A stretch of DNA of 62,729 nucleotides, counting the filler, from Pirum gemmata (lineage: Eukaryota): assembly GCA_002812295.1 (NCBI GenBank). It is 18 parts of 18 records of this genome, joined end to end, with 100 filler letters (N's around TTAATTAATTAA, not from the genome) between each part and the next. Parts side by side here need not be neighbours in the genome. Positions count along the whole stretch, not along the records: positions 50,407 to 53,476 come from PDIN01003588.1; positions 53,577 to 56,607 come from PDIN01003589.1; positions 56,708 to 62,729 come from PDIN01003590.1; 15 more parts are not named here. One strand, given 5' to 3'. This document shows positions 51,880 to 62,729 of this stretch, in pieces. A model generated the notes under the pieces. It was not told the DNA's origin, made no database searches, and saw only the letters and a program-made list of their open reading frames with translations. The position numbers and the translations under genes were made by a program. The number at the start of each line of letters is the position of its first letter. Position 1 is the stretch's first letter.

Positions 51880-52335
51880 TGATATGATTGATATCTACTA
51901 GCTATACGATATGATAATACTATGATAATATCAATTATATCATAGTTACTATTAAATAGTATTAATAGCTATCATAGTTAAGTGAGCAGTGAGCTTACAT
52001 ACCTCTTACATGAAGTTAAATCCCAGAACTATTTTTGCTTTCTCAGGGCTTTCTCAGTGTAAATTCTCACTGATTCCCAGTGCTTTTTCTCTAGGTTTTC
52101 TCTCAGTTTGAACTGCTTTCTCTGATATAATTGATATCTACTAGCTATACGATATGATAATGCTATGATAATATCAATTATATCATAGTTACTATTAAAT
52201 AGTATTAATAGCTATCATAGTTAAGTGAGCAGTGAGCTTACATACTGCTTACATGAAGTTAAATCCCAGAGCTATTTTTGCTTTCTCAGGGCTTTCTCGA
52301 TGTAACTTTTTCTCTCAGTTTGAACTGCTTTCTCT
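51880..52335. repeat. Tandem duplication of about 245/210 bp
   Basis: 51885-52123 is repeated at 52128-52335 with an internal deletion. Confidence 0.88.
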
Positions 52336-52600
52336 TACTTTTCTCTTCCAGCTTCCTGCACGCTTCCCATCCAGATCGTTGCGATTATCTGGTATGTTAA
52401 AATACAAATTATTTAACTAGTGCCTTTTTTACATTATTTTCTAAATAACTTTGATATATAAATCATGCCAAATTAAATTAATTGTATCAAATAAATATAT
52501 CTTATAATTAATCCAATTTTGGTAATTTTTTTTTGATGAAAAAAGAACTGAAAAAAGTACTACGAGTCTATCACTGTGTATGACCCTCATATATGGAAAA

Positions 52601-52663
<63 letters not shown>

Positions 52664-52749
52664 CAAACTGAAAAATTACTACTATGACAGACAGTCTACT
52701 ATGCATTATTACTATCATACTGCATTATTATGAATTTATGATACATGTA

Positions 52750-52895
52750 GGTCTATAGTGCTTTTCAGTTGTTTTGTCATTATAAAGTATACAATAAATA
52801 GTACCAAATTAATATAAATTAAATTTGTCAATTTAAAGATTATAACCCTCCAAATAAATATTCGGAGTGACAAAATAAATGAAATGCACGATACC
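52750..52895 (+). mobile_element. MITE family B (TIR TATxGTGCTTTTCA...TTTTGTCA)
   Basis: Left TATAGTGCTTTTCAGTTGTTTTGTCA and right TGACAAAATAAATGAAATGCACGATA are imperfect inverted repeats. Copies at 62134-62322 and 25406-25838, and an end at 300-330. Confidence 0.78.
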
Positions 52896-54573
52896 TGATA
52901 TGATAGTATTTTTAATATCATAACTAATTTTTATAATTAAATTATAATATCGATGAACAGTGTAGTTATCGATATGATAATGATATCAGATAGTACGTAC
53001 TACTATGTACTACTACTACTCTAGCTAGTCTAGCTAGTGAGGTAGCTCTCTAGAACTAGTAGTATGATATAGACTATAGACTATCTGATATCTATAGTAT
53101 AGACTCTACTGGCAGACTAGCTAGACCCCCCAGCTGGAGACTGGAGTACAGCTGGGCGTACTTTTATAAAAAATAATAATTATGATGATAGATCTACTCA
53201 CTCTAGCTAGCTAAACTACTCTAGCCTAGCTAGTAGCTAAGTTCTAGCTAGCTACTAAATTATCTTATTATTTTTTTTTAATACCAAGGACTACAGGGAC
53301 AGTCAGAGCGGTTCGTTCCGACGAATAATCAAATCCGATTCCGTCCGTCCGACTTGCTCTGTTCTCCGATCCGTCCGAATGTTTTTCAATCCGACAAAAA
53401 AAATTTCGGATCCGTCCGAAACCCCAAAATTTTTTCCGAAGTTATAATGCACTTATATTTCTTTATTTGGTAACAANNNNNNNNNNNNNNNNNNNNNNNN
53501 NNNNNNNNNNNNNNNNNNNNTTAATTAATTAANNNNNNNNNNNNNNNNNNNNNNNNNNNNNNNNNNNNNNNNNNNNTTTATTTTTTTTTTTTTTTTTTTT
53601 TTGTTTTTGTTTTTTTTGTTTTTTTTATTATGATATTTTTTTTATTTTTTTTTTTGACATTTTTTTTAGTATTTATAAGCTTTTATCAATATTATTTTTA
53701 TGATTTTACTTATATTATTTGTAATATGATACTATAATTATATATAGTAGTATATAGTATTACACATAGTAAAAAAAAATATGAAAAAGCAGGTATGGGA
53801 AAAGCAAAAAAAAGGTATAGGTCATATGATCATACGATTATTAAAAAAAAGTAAAATATTGAAATAGAGCGATTCGCTGAAAATGGTTCCTTAGAATTAT
53901 TTGATATTATTAATGTTATTATTATTATTATTATTAATATATATAAAGAGCAACTGTTATAAATAAAGTCATTTATATATAGTTGTAGTTTAAACTGTAG
54001 ATTACAGTCCGAACATGATTGAAAATCATTCTGATCAAATAATTTTTATATGGGGGTACAGTCTTAGGTGTTCGAAATGTGCAAGGAACTTGTGTTCATA
54101 AGATAGTGCATAAGACTAGTGTTGACTATAGTATGTACATAAACGTATTTCTTATTACAGATTTAGAAATGATTGACGTGTGTTTTAATTAAAGTAAGTG
54201 GCCGCCTAATGAAGGTCATAGACTAATTTATTATTTAATAATATTATTTATAGTAATAGTAATAGTAATGAATATTAATAGAAATTGCAATAGTAATAGT
54301 AATAGTAGTAGTAATAGTATTAATTGTTTGATACCTGCTCTTTTTCCGTTTTGTTTTCGTTGTCCCTACTCGTTATTCCCTGGTACGTATAAATGAAAAT
54401 GAAAATGAAAATGAAAATGAAAATGAGAAAATGAAAATGAAAATGAAAATGAAAATGACAATGAAAATGAAAAAAGAAAATTGAAAATTGAAAATGAATG
54501 AAAATGAAAATGAAAATGAAAATGAATAAAATAAATAAATAAAAATAAATGAAATAAATGAATAATAAAAATA

Positions 54574-55000
54574 AAGATTTTTCCAAATAAGGTATACTCC
54601 TGAGGTATAGTATTTTTTTTTCTGGTATACTCCCATTTTTTTATGTCTACTAATCAAACACAGTCAAACACAGAAATAATATGTTTCTTTTTTTCCAAAA
54701 TTAGAGTACACCCACCGATCCCTAGCACCTAGGGAAAAAAATATTTATTTTTATTATTTATTTATTTCATTTATTTTTATTTATTTATTTTATTCATTTT
54801 CCTAGGTGCTAGGGTTCACCATGGTTCACCAAGGGGGATGGGTGTACTCTAATTTTGGAAAAAAGGAAACATATTATTTCTGTGTTTGACTGTGTTTGAT
54901 TAGTAGACATAAAAAAATTCGAGTATAATATTATAATATCATATCATACCAGAAAAAAAAATACTATACCTCAGGAGTATACCTTATTTGGAAAAATCTT
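54574..55000. mobile_element. Foldback-like element with ~170-bp inverted arms
   Basis: 54574-54740 is the reverse complement of 54797-55000 apart from two short insertions. AT-rich spacer between the arms; AAAATA on both flanks. Confidence 0.8.
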
Positions 55001-55607
55001 AAAATAGCGCATTAGTTAAAAAAAAAAAAAAAAAAAAAATTCTACACTTTTTCTAGCCAGTAAAAAACAAATTCTACACTTTTCCAGCCAGTAAAAAACA
55101 GGTAAATACCTTATGCCCGCCGTGTTTTGTACGTTTTTTTTTAAAAAATCGTTTTTAGTAATTTATAAGTAACAGTTTATATTCGTTTATGATACTTTAT
55201 GATACTAGTAAAAACTTTTTCGGCTAACGGGGTCTTTTAACTGGTCTATTATTTTTGTATTTTTTCTTTTCTAAACTCTAACTAACAACGCACACTGACA
55301 TGCTATGTTTATTTATGGGCTATCCCGGGTGAAGCTGATAAAAATTTGATTGAAACGCCTATTGATTTGATTTATGGTTCAAGTTTTTCTTTTTTTTCTT
55401 TCGCATTCTTTCCACATACTTTTTTTGTAGAAGAAACGGTGGGCGTTTGTATGTAATTTTAGCAAGTTAACTAACTTTACCGCCTTTTAAAATTTTAGAT
55501 TTAGATTACTCTGAAAATGAGAATTAACAAAGCCATGAAAATGTACCTCCTCTTTTCATTGGCGATGACTCTGCAACAGAATCTGATACCTACTTGATTT
55601 CTTTCAA

Positions 55608-56085
55608 GATTTTTGGTGATTGGGAAGAGGAAAATGAATGGGAAGCTGAATGGGAAAATGTGGACTTGGATGAATATTATAACTTATAACTAAAAATAAA
55701 TAATTATTAATATTATCATTAGTTATAGCTGAAACTAATAACAATTTAATATACTTTACTAACTGATGAAAGTTGGTGAATTGACTGAATGATAATTTTT
55801 GACTACTGAAAATATTTGATATTCAATATTTTGGTGATTGGGAGGAGGATAATGAATGGGAAGCTAAATGGGAAAATGTGGACTTGGATGAATATTATAA
55901 CTTATAACTAAAAATAAATAATTATTATTATCATTGCCACGACCTTCTTCCTTAGTTATAGCTTAAACTAATAAAAATTTAGTATTAATATACTTTACTA
56001 ACTGATGAAAGTTGATGAATTGACTGAATGTTAATTTTTGACTACTGAAAGTAAGCATGTGATAAAAATATTTAATATTCAATAT
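55608..56085. repeat. Tandem duplication of about 220/255 bp
   Basis: ATTTTTGGTGATTGGGA...GGGAAAATGTGGACTTGGATGAATATT...GACTACTGAAA occurs twice. Confidence 0.88.
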
Positions 56086-56955
56086 GAGGCCTTCAAACTC
56101 AAGGTGCATAGTATACATACATAAAAGTAAGTTCTCAGTTAATTCCAGCTTAAACGCAGAACATTTTATTGATCGAAGTAACGTTGTGAATTAAGTGTTA
56201 ATTTATTGATTTCGTTAAGTTTTTTTAAAATTATTGTTATTATAAAATGTACATTTACTTAAAAAAATTAGAAAAACCACCCTGAATGAGAGATTTTGAC
56301 TACATTAAAAAGGTAATTTTGTTATATATTTGTAATTTTTTTAGGCTTTACCACTGGGATTATTTTAAAATTTCCTTAAAAATAAGACGACTTTACCTAA
56401 TTTAGAGTTTAAACATTCCAAACATAGACTAAAGCAACTGTATATGGTAATTTATTTAAAGAGTTAATTAACCACTAAAAAGGCTTAAAATATGGGGTAT
56501 CGAAAATATCGAAAAGTTCGGGAAAAAAAAATTCATATAAACATAGGCAGAGGTCTATTTCACTTCTATTTCATTAATTTTATTTATTTTATTTATTTTA
56601 TTTATTTNNNNNNNNNNNNNNNNNNNNNNNNNNNNNNNNNNNNNNNNNNNNTTAATTAATTAANNNNNNNNNNNNNNNNNNNNNNNNNNNNNNNNNNNNN
56701 NNNNNNNATAGTAGTAATAGTAGTAGTAGTAGTAGTAATAGTAATAGTAGTAGTAGTAGTAGTAATAGTAATAGTAGTAATAGTAATAGACTAATAATAA
56801 TAATAATAATAATAACAGTGATAATAATGATAATAATGATAATGATAATGATGATAATGATAATAATGATAATAATGATAATAATGATAATAATGATATT
56901 AATAATATTAATGATATTAATGATAATAATGATAATAATAAAAATGATAAAAATG

Positions 56956-56988
<33 letters not shown>

Positions 56989-57511
56989 GTGATAATATGA
57001 TAATGATAATAAGAATATTAATAATTAAATTGACGAGAGTAAAAATAACGAACTAATGGCCAAAAGTCAGTAGTTGTAATTGATCATTAGTTAATAGTTA
57101 CGATTTCTTTAATATTGACGTTAAATCTTAATTTTTTTATTATTTTTAATAGCAAAAATGGGAAGAGGAACTTACTCTGCAAGCAAGCCATCTCATACGA
57201 GATGTAAGTAACCCTTAATTTTTTATACACATTATTTTTATATGCACAAATCCTTATTTTATATATACACAAATGCTTATTTCTCAATTATGTTCCAAAA
57301 GTATTTGTAGTTTTAAAATAACAAAGCAAGTAAAAGTACATCCATTTTTTAAATCTCTTTGTCAATATTATTTGATTATTGAACACTATTAGTATTATCT
57401 TTTCTTCTATACTTATTTTTTTTCATTATTTTATTTTGTTTTGTTATATATTATTTTTAATTTTTTATCTTTTTTTATTTCATTATTTATTATTTTTTTT
57501 TTCTATTTTNN

Positions 57512-57542
<31 letters not shown>

Positions 57543-58389
57543 TCTGGTATTTGACTTATGGCCTCTTTTGTCAAATAACCATCATCTAGTACACAATCAT
57601 CATTAGTTCCAGAAATATTTTCTTTGTATTCAGCAAAGTGGGGATTGTCTATCTTGACCCTCAAGTTTGTATACTCTACGAATTGCACAGTTCCGGAATT
57701 CATGTTGGCGTTTTCGAAAGAAAAATTTTTTTTACCTCATATTCGAATTCTGGAAAGTGCTGGGGATTAACCATCTTGACCGTCAAGTTTGCATACTCTA
57801 CAAATTGCACTTGTGTGGAAGTAATCAAATCCTTTGGGTGATTATATTGTTCCATCCCATTTTTAGGTTAGTGTTTGGGTTGGACTCTTTTTCAAGTTTT
57901 CCTCTGTTTACATTGAGGTATCTTTCCTTTGGTGTTTTAGTGAGCTCTTGGTCAAGTTTTTCCCTCTGTTTGCATCGGCGTAATCTGTATCACTTTGCAA
58001 TTCAACGCTGGATACGACACCCGTTTGATATTATCTATAATAATTATATAATATACATAATATTAATTATTATAATACATAAAGACAATGATAATAACAA
58101 GAAGCACATTTGTGAAATAAATTTAAAAGTTAAAGTTTTGAAAATCTCTCAACAGCAACAATTGTTAAACTAATTAAAAAGTATTTTGAAATTGAAAAAC
58201 TGAATATAATTTAAAGTATATCTCTCTGCAAACAATTCTTGCTTTTTGCAGAAGTAACCAGGTAGAGTTCCAGGAGAAACAATAAGGAGATACAATAGTT
58301 TAATGAAATTTACTATACAGAAATGAAAATAATATTAATATAATAAATAATTATGATATATATTAATATGAACTATAGGGTTAACCCAA

Positions 58390-59520
58390 TCTTGTTTTTT
58401 ATTTTGGTTGTTTCGTACTTGTATACATAGTGTTGTTGGTCTAATATTGTTGGTCTAATGTTGTTGGTGGTTTTTGTCATAAGGACGGCTGCTTTAATAT
58501 TGCGGCTAACACCATTGTGGTGATAGGAACGAAGTAGTTAGATTTTTGGTGTTGTGAGTTATTGCCTGGTTTTGAAATACTTGAAATTGTGTACTAATTC
58601 TAATGATCTGTCTACAATCGTTGGTAGACCCTAAGGGATTTTGATGTGGTGTGACATGTAAAAGTGATTAGTCGCATTGCTTTGTTTTGTTTTGTATTAC
58701 TTCATTCAAAAAGTTTCCTTAATTAAAAGCTTTCTGTGGAATTGGTGACATCATTTGGCTATTGCTGAGCATGAGTAGTCGGTGATAAAACGCATTAGTG
58801 ATTTATATGTTAGAAGGTGTGTAATCGGATTAACACAGGTTTGTTCCTTTCAGTCTAAACAGGAAGCGTAGCTTGTTGTTTAGTTTGACTGGGATTTGTG
58901 ATAGTTGGTATTGGTAATTAAGATCTTTGTCTAGGTGGTAGCTATAGTATCGATTCTATAGATAATTGGCTAGCTAGCTAGTATACGTAGCTTTGGGTTG
59001 GTTGTTGCAGTTACTGGTTTGCCTTCGTAATTTAGTTCAATGTGGATTACAATTGGCGTATCATTAATTATTAGAAAGTGAGTTTGTATAATATGCTATA
59101 TGTCAACGTCCATCCAATGTTGTATTTGGTTGAGTGCTAGCTATATATAGTTGCGTGTCCTTTTGGAATTGTTTTGAGGCGGCGTGGCCATGGGTGGTCA
59201 TCTGCGAAGAGTGCACGTGTTGCTTAAAATTTCGATTTGAAGTTGGACCATGTCTGGCAAGTCATATATGCATTGATGAATAGAATAAATAGAATTAGCC
59301 CTAATATCGATCCCTGTGGAACACCTGACGTTATATTCCATAACATAGATTGTATTATACGTTCTTGTATTTTGTTAATGCGTTCTGTAGGTTTTGTTTC
59401 TCAGATAATTTTCAATCCAGTGGCCTAAGTAGTCTGGCATGCCCAGTTTACTTAATTTATATAGGAGCCCTAGCTAGCTAGGCCTTAGAAATTTGTGCTA
59501 TAATTTATCGAAAGCCTTAA
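58390..59520 (-). pseudogene. Decayed LINE reverse-transcriptase region
   Basis: The minus strand encodes KAFDKL*H (~59518), GLLYKLSKLG..WIENYL, SGVPQGSILG (~59329) and LFAD (~59212) in correct RT order, with stops, frameshifts and insertions. Confidence 0.85.
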
Positions 59521-59525
59521 GCTTA

Positions 59526-59600
59526 CCCCAAGCCCAAGCCCAAGCCCAAGCCCAAGCCCAAGCCCAAGCCCAAGCCCAAGCCCAAGCCCAAGCCCAAGCC
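59526..59600. repeat. (CCCAAG)n hexamer microsatellite
   Basis: About 12 perfect copies running into a gap. Confidence 0.9.
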
Positions 59601-60475
59601 NNNNNNNNNNNNNNNNNNNNNNNNNNNNNNNNNNNNNNNNNAATAACAACAATAACAACAATAACAACAATAACAACAATAACAACAATAACAACAATAA
59701 CAACAATAACAACAATAACAACAATAACAACAATAACAACAATAACAACAATAAAGTAATTTTTCTATTCTAATCCTCTATCAAAATCACGTGACTGGTA
59801 CAGGGGTCACAAACGGAAGAATATATGATTTAAATGGTCAATTGAAAATTTCTACATGCCAAGAAGCCATCATTAGGTTTAAGAAAGGACTCGAATTCCC
59901 AACTGATGGTCCCTTTCAACGCTAAACTAACGATTTATCTGGTATATAGTTGAACTTATTAACATAAACATAATAACTAAGAAAATGTGACAGATTAGAA
60001 AAAGGTATCTATCATAACTGTAAAAAAAAATAACTTGTAGTTTATGTTTTTTTTTTAAGATTAGAAAAAATGTATACTTGTATAAGGTTGAATGACGTCA
60101 ATATATATATATATATATTCAGCGATTTGTGAGAAAATAGTGAGGAAAGTTGAAAAATATTTTTTATAATTATATTACCGAATTTGAAATAATCCGCCGA
60201 AAGTTTAATATTTTTTTCTTTTGAACTGTTGAAAAGGGAAGTCTGCCATGAAAAATCAATAATTCTGTGTTTATTATTATTCTAAAGTTAGGGTTATTAT
60301 AATAAGTTCTACTCTCTACTATTTCAATTGCATATATATTATTGCACTTTTTGATTTTGATTTTGATTTTAATTTTAATTTTGATTTTGATTTTTAGTTT
60401 TATTTTTATTTTTTCTGGCCAGGATAGACAAGTGTCAGTCTCTAGAGACTAATGGTGTTTACCCCCCCCCCCCTT

Positions 60476-60666
60476 GCGAGATGCAGGAAAACCCATAGAA
60501 TCGAGATTAGTTCGAAACTTTTGATTTCATTTAAAAATTCTTAAAAATTCTTAGAAATTTCATAGAAAAAACTTGAAACTCGAAAAAAAGAATATCATTT
60601 TAAAATTGTCAGTATTTAATAATTACGATCGAGCTGTTTGATTGATTGTGTTTTCCCGTATCTCCC
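60476..60666 (+). mobile_element. MITE family G copy
   Basis: GAGATGCAGGAAAAC / GTTTTCCCGTATCTC inverted ends; body matches 61879-62099. Confidence 0.8.
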
Positions 60667-60837
60667 AGCTCCACTGGCAAAATCCAGAAAATTACCAATC
60701 ACAGAAATCACGTGATCTGTAAGCAGCCCAAACCACCGAAATGACAATAAAAGGCCTACAAAAAACCTGGACCTCAAAAAAAAGACTTTTATTGCCCCAA
60801 AAGAGGAAAATACAACTCAACTGGCACTAAGCATTGA

Positions 60838-61013
60838 GGGAACATTCATAAAGAACGCCAATTATTCTTTGATAGAAGTCATTGCTTGAAAGTGTGACTG
60901 AAACTGTTTTAGGCAGTAATTAATTATTAAAATGAACTTTAAAATTATGACCAAAAGTGTTTTGGACAAAGAGACATAGGTAAGATTAGGTGACGTCCTT
61001 TATGAATGATTCC
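60838..61013 (+). mobile_element. MITE family F (TIR GGAACATTCATAAAGAACGCCA / TGACGTCCTTTATGAATGATTCC)
   Basis: Imperfect ~22-bp TIRs that resemble the family A end. The internal sequence recurs at 19740-19870. Confidence 0.75.
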
Positions 61014-61061
61014 AAATGTTCAGGTCCACACACTTTTCACCCATGCCTACATTGCCCTGCT

Positions 61062-61092
<31 letters not shown>

Positions 61093-61213
61093 TAATAATA
61101 ATAATAAGTAATAGTTAGAGACTAGCTAGTACTCTAGTAGTAGCTATCATGATACAATTTCGAGTCCTCGGCATAACTGACACTCTACTACTAGCTAGCT
61201 AGTAGAGAGAACT

Positions 61214-61421
61214 GGCATTATCGTCTATTTCATTACAGTTGTCCTCTCAATCTTTAATTTGGTACTGTTTAAGTGTATAATTGAACTTTTTTATAAAATA
61301 AAATATTAAGTATAAAATACCAAATTAATTAAAACATGCCTGATAGTTTAATAATAATAATAATTTGGTGCGTTTTATTTCAGTTATTGAACTGGACAAC
61401 ACTATTGAAAAACACGATAAT
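61214..61421 (+). mobile_element. MITE family C, most complete copy
   Basis: ATTATCGTCTATTTCA / TGAAAAACACGATAAT imperfect TIRs; at least five other partial copies in the window. Confidence 0.78.
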
Positions 61422-61878
61422 AAGTAAACCCATGAATCACCCATGAATCTGTGACAAAAACATAGGTACACACATTTCCTCCAATAATAAATCTACATTG
61501 CCCTTTTCTTTTGAGTCAGCTACTCTTAACTACTCTACCTAAAACACTGTAGGCTGTAGCTAGTATAATATCGTCTATTTTATCCTCTCAATCTTTAATT
61601 TGGTACTGTTTAAGTGTATAATTAAACTTAATCAGGTTCTATTTCTATTTGTTATAATTTTCTTGCAATTTAGTATTGCCCGAATTTCTTTGAAATTAGT
61701 TGGATGCAAAGTTATTTTCAATTTTTGATTATTGTCAAAAAGTCTAAAGTAAGAGGCTAATACGTATGATGTCATTATAATAAAAAATATTTTTACTTTG
61801 TACTCGTAAAACCCTAAATAATACACACTTTTCGATTTATAAACATTATTCTAAGAAACCACGCCCATTACTTTTCCA

Positions 61879-62099
61879 GGGAGATGCGGGAAAACCATCG
61901 AATCGAGACTAGCTCGAAATTTTCGAAATTTTTCGATCTAATTTTAAGCATTGACTCACTTTTAATTTCATTAAAAAATTCTTAGAAATTTTATGTAAAA
62001 ACTTGAAACTCGAAAAAAAAAGAATATCATTTCAAAATTATCACTATTTAATAATTGGGATCGAGCTGTTAGATTCGATTATGTTTTCCCATATCTCCC
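61879..62099 (+). mobile_element. MITE family G (TIR GGGAGATGCGGGAAAAC / GTTTTCCCATATCTCCC)
   Basis: 17-bp TIRs with 2 mismatches; second copy at 60476-60666. Confidence 0.82.
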
Positions 62100-62133
62100 A
62101 AGGATACTATACCAGTGAAACTATCTGCATATA

Positions 62134-62322
62134 GTATAGTGCTTTTCAGTTTTGTCATCATAAAGTTGCAATAAAGAGTGCCAAATTAATACAATATAAA
62201 TCCATTTCATTTAATTTGGTATATTTTATTATATATTTATTTATTTAAAAGTATCAATTTAAATATCATAAACAACCAAATAAATATTCGGAGTGACAAA
62301 CTAAATGAAAAGCACAATACCC
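62134..62322 (+). mobile_element. MITE family B copy
   Basis: TATAGTGCTTTTCAGTTTTGTCA / TGACAAACTAAATGAAAAGCACAATA inverted ends; body matches 52750-52895. Confidence 0.78.
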
Positions 62323-62729
62323 TCACACTTTTCAACTAGGTCTTGGCGAGGGCAAAGTGATACAAATTGTTAATGCCATACACATTTGGCAACGCAAATA
62401 CTACTAAATTAGGAATCATGCACCCATAAAGATTTAAATTATTACTTAACGCACCGTATTTGCAAAATATTACTATTTTAAGAGACTGCATATTGGCAAA
62501 CAGCTCCTTTTTAAGATGAAAACGCACCAATAACGGTTTGGGTGAGCTAAGGTTATCACTTTGCTGTAAAAATTATTCTAACCATGTCCATTCACTATCT
62601 GATCATGGATATACTCTACCAGTTTTAATGTAAAATTAATACACTACATAATATTTCAATAAACATTAGTACCCCATGCCCATGTCCATTCCCCCGAGAG
62701 CGAAGCCTGGTAATAATAATAATAATAAT

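Noticed and set aside
62336..62530. 64-aa ORF with a faint LRR-like look (NLNLYGC..PNL)
   Set aside because: Too short, lacks an ATG start and has no repeat periodicity; it cannot be supported.

Overview
This is not a contiguous locus. It is a pseudo-scaffold of about 18 short contigs (most ~3.0-3.1 kb) joined by an artificial 100-nt spacer (N44-TTAATTAATTAA-N44, stop codons in all six frames), so neighbourhood across spacers carries no information. The DNA is from a very AT-rich eukaryote with the standard code, GT-AG introns (often with CTAAC branch sites), poly-N/poly-Q proteins and abundant interstitial TTAGGG repeats. The gene mix suggests a protist, possibly a unicellular opisthokont such as an ichthyosporean (inference only). 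Supported genes: a spliced, probably GPI-anchored CotH-family protein; an intronless LRR protein with a possible F-box-like N-terminus; an orphan type II membrane glycoprotein; a TSP1-like/mucin exon; a Phactr/Bni4-type PP1-binding protein; an OPT/YSL transporter; a low-complexity protein; cathepsin C (5 exons); a MARK/AMPK-related kinase; and the 5' end of a beta-amylase. Mobile elements: the 5' half of a LINE, a decayed LINE reverse transcriptase, an intron-containing IS630/Tc1-mariner transposase with a very long D-to-E spacing (DD161E), a 1008-aa probable Academ-like DDE transposase with a C-terminal RING-like finger, and at least nine MITE or foldback families. The strongest candidates for new biology are the RING-bearing DDE recombinase-like ORF, the LRR with face-restricted hypervariability and the DD161E transposase.
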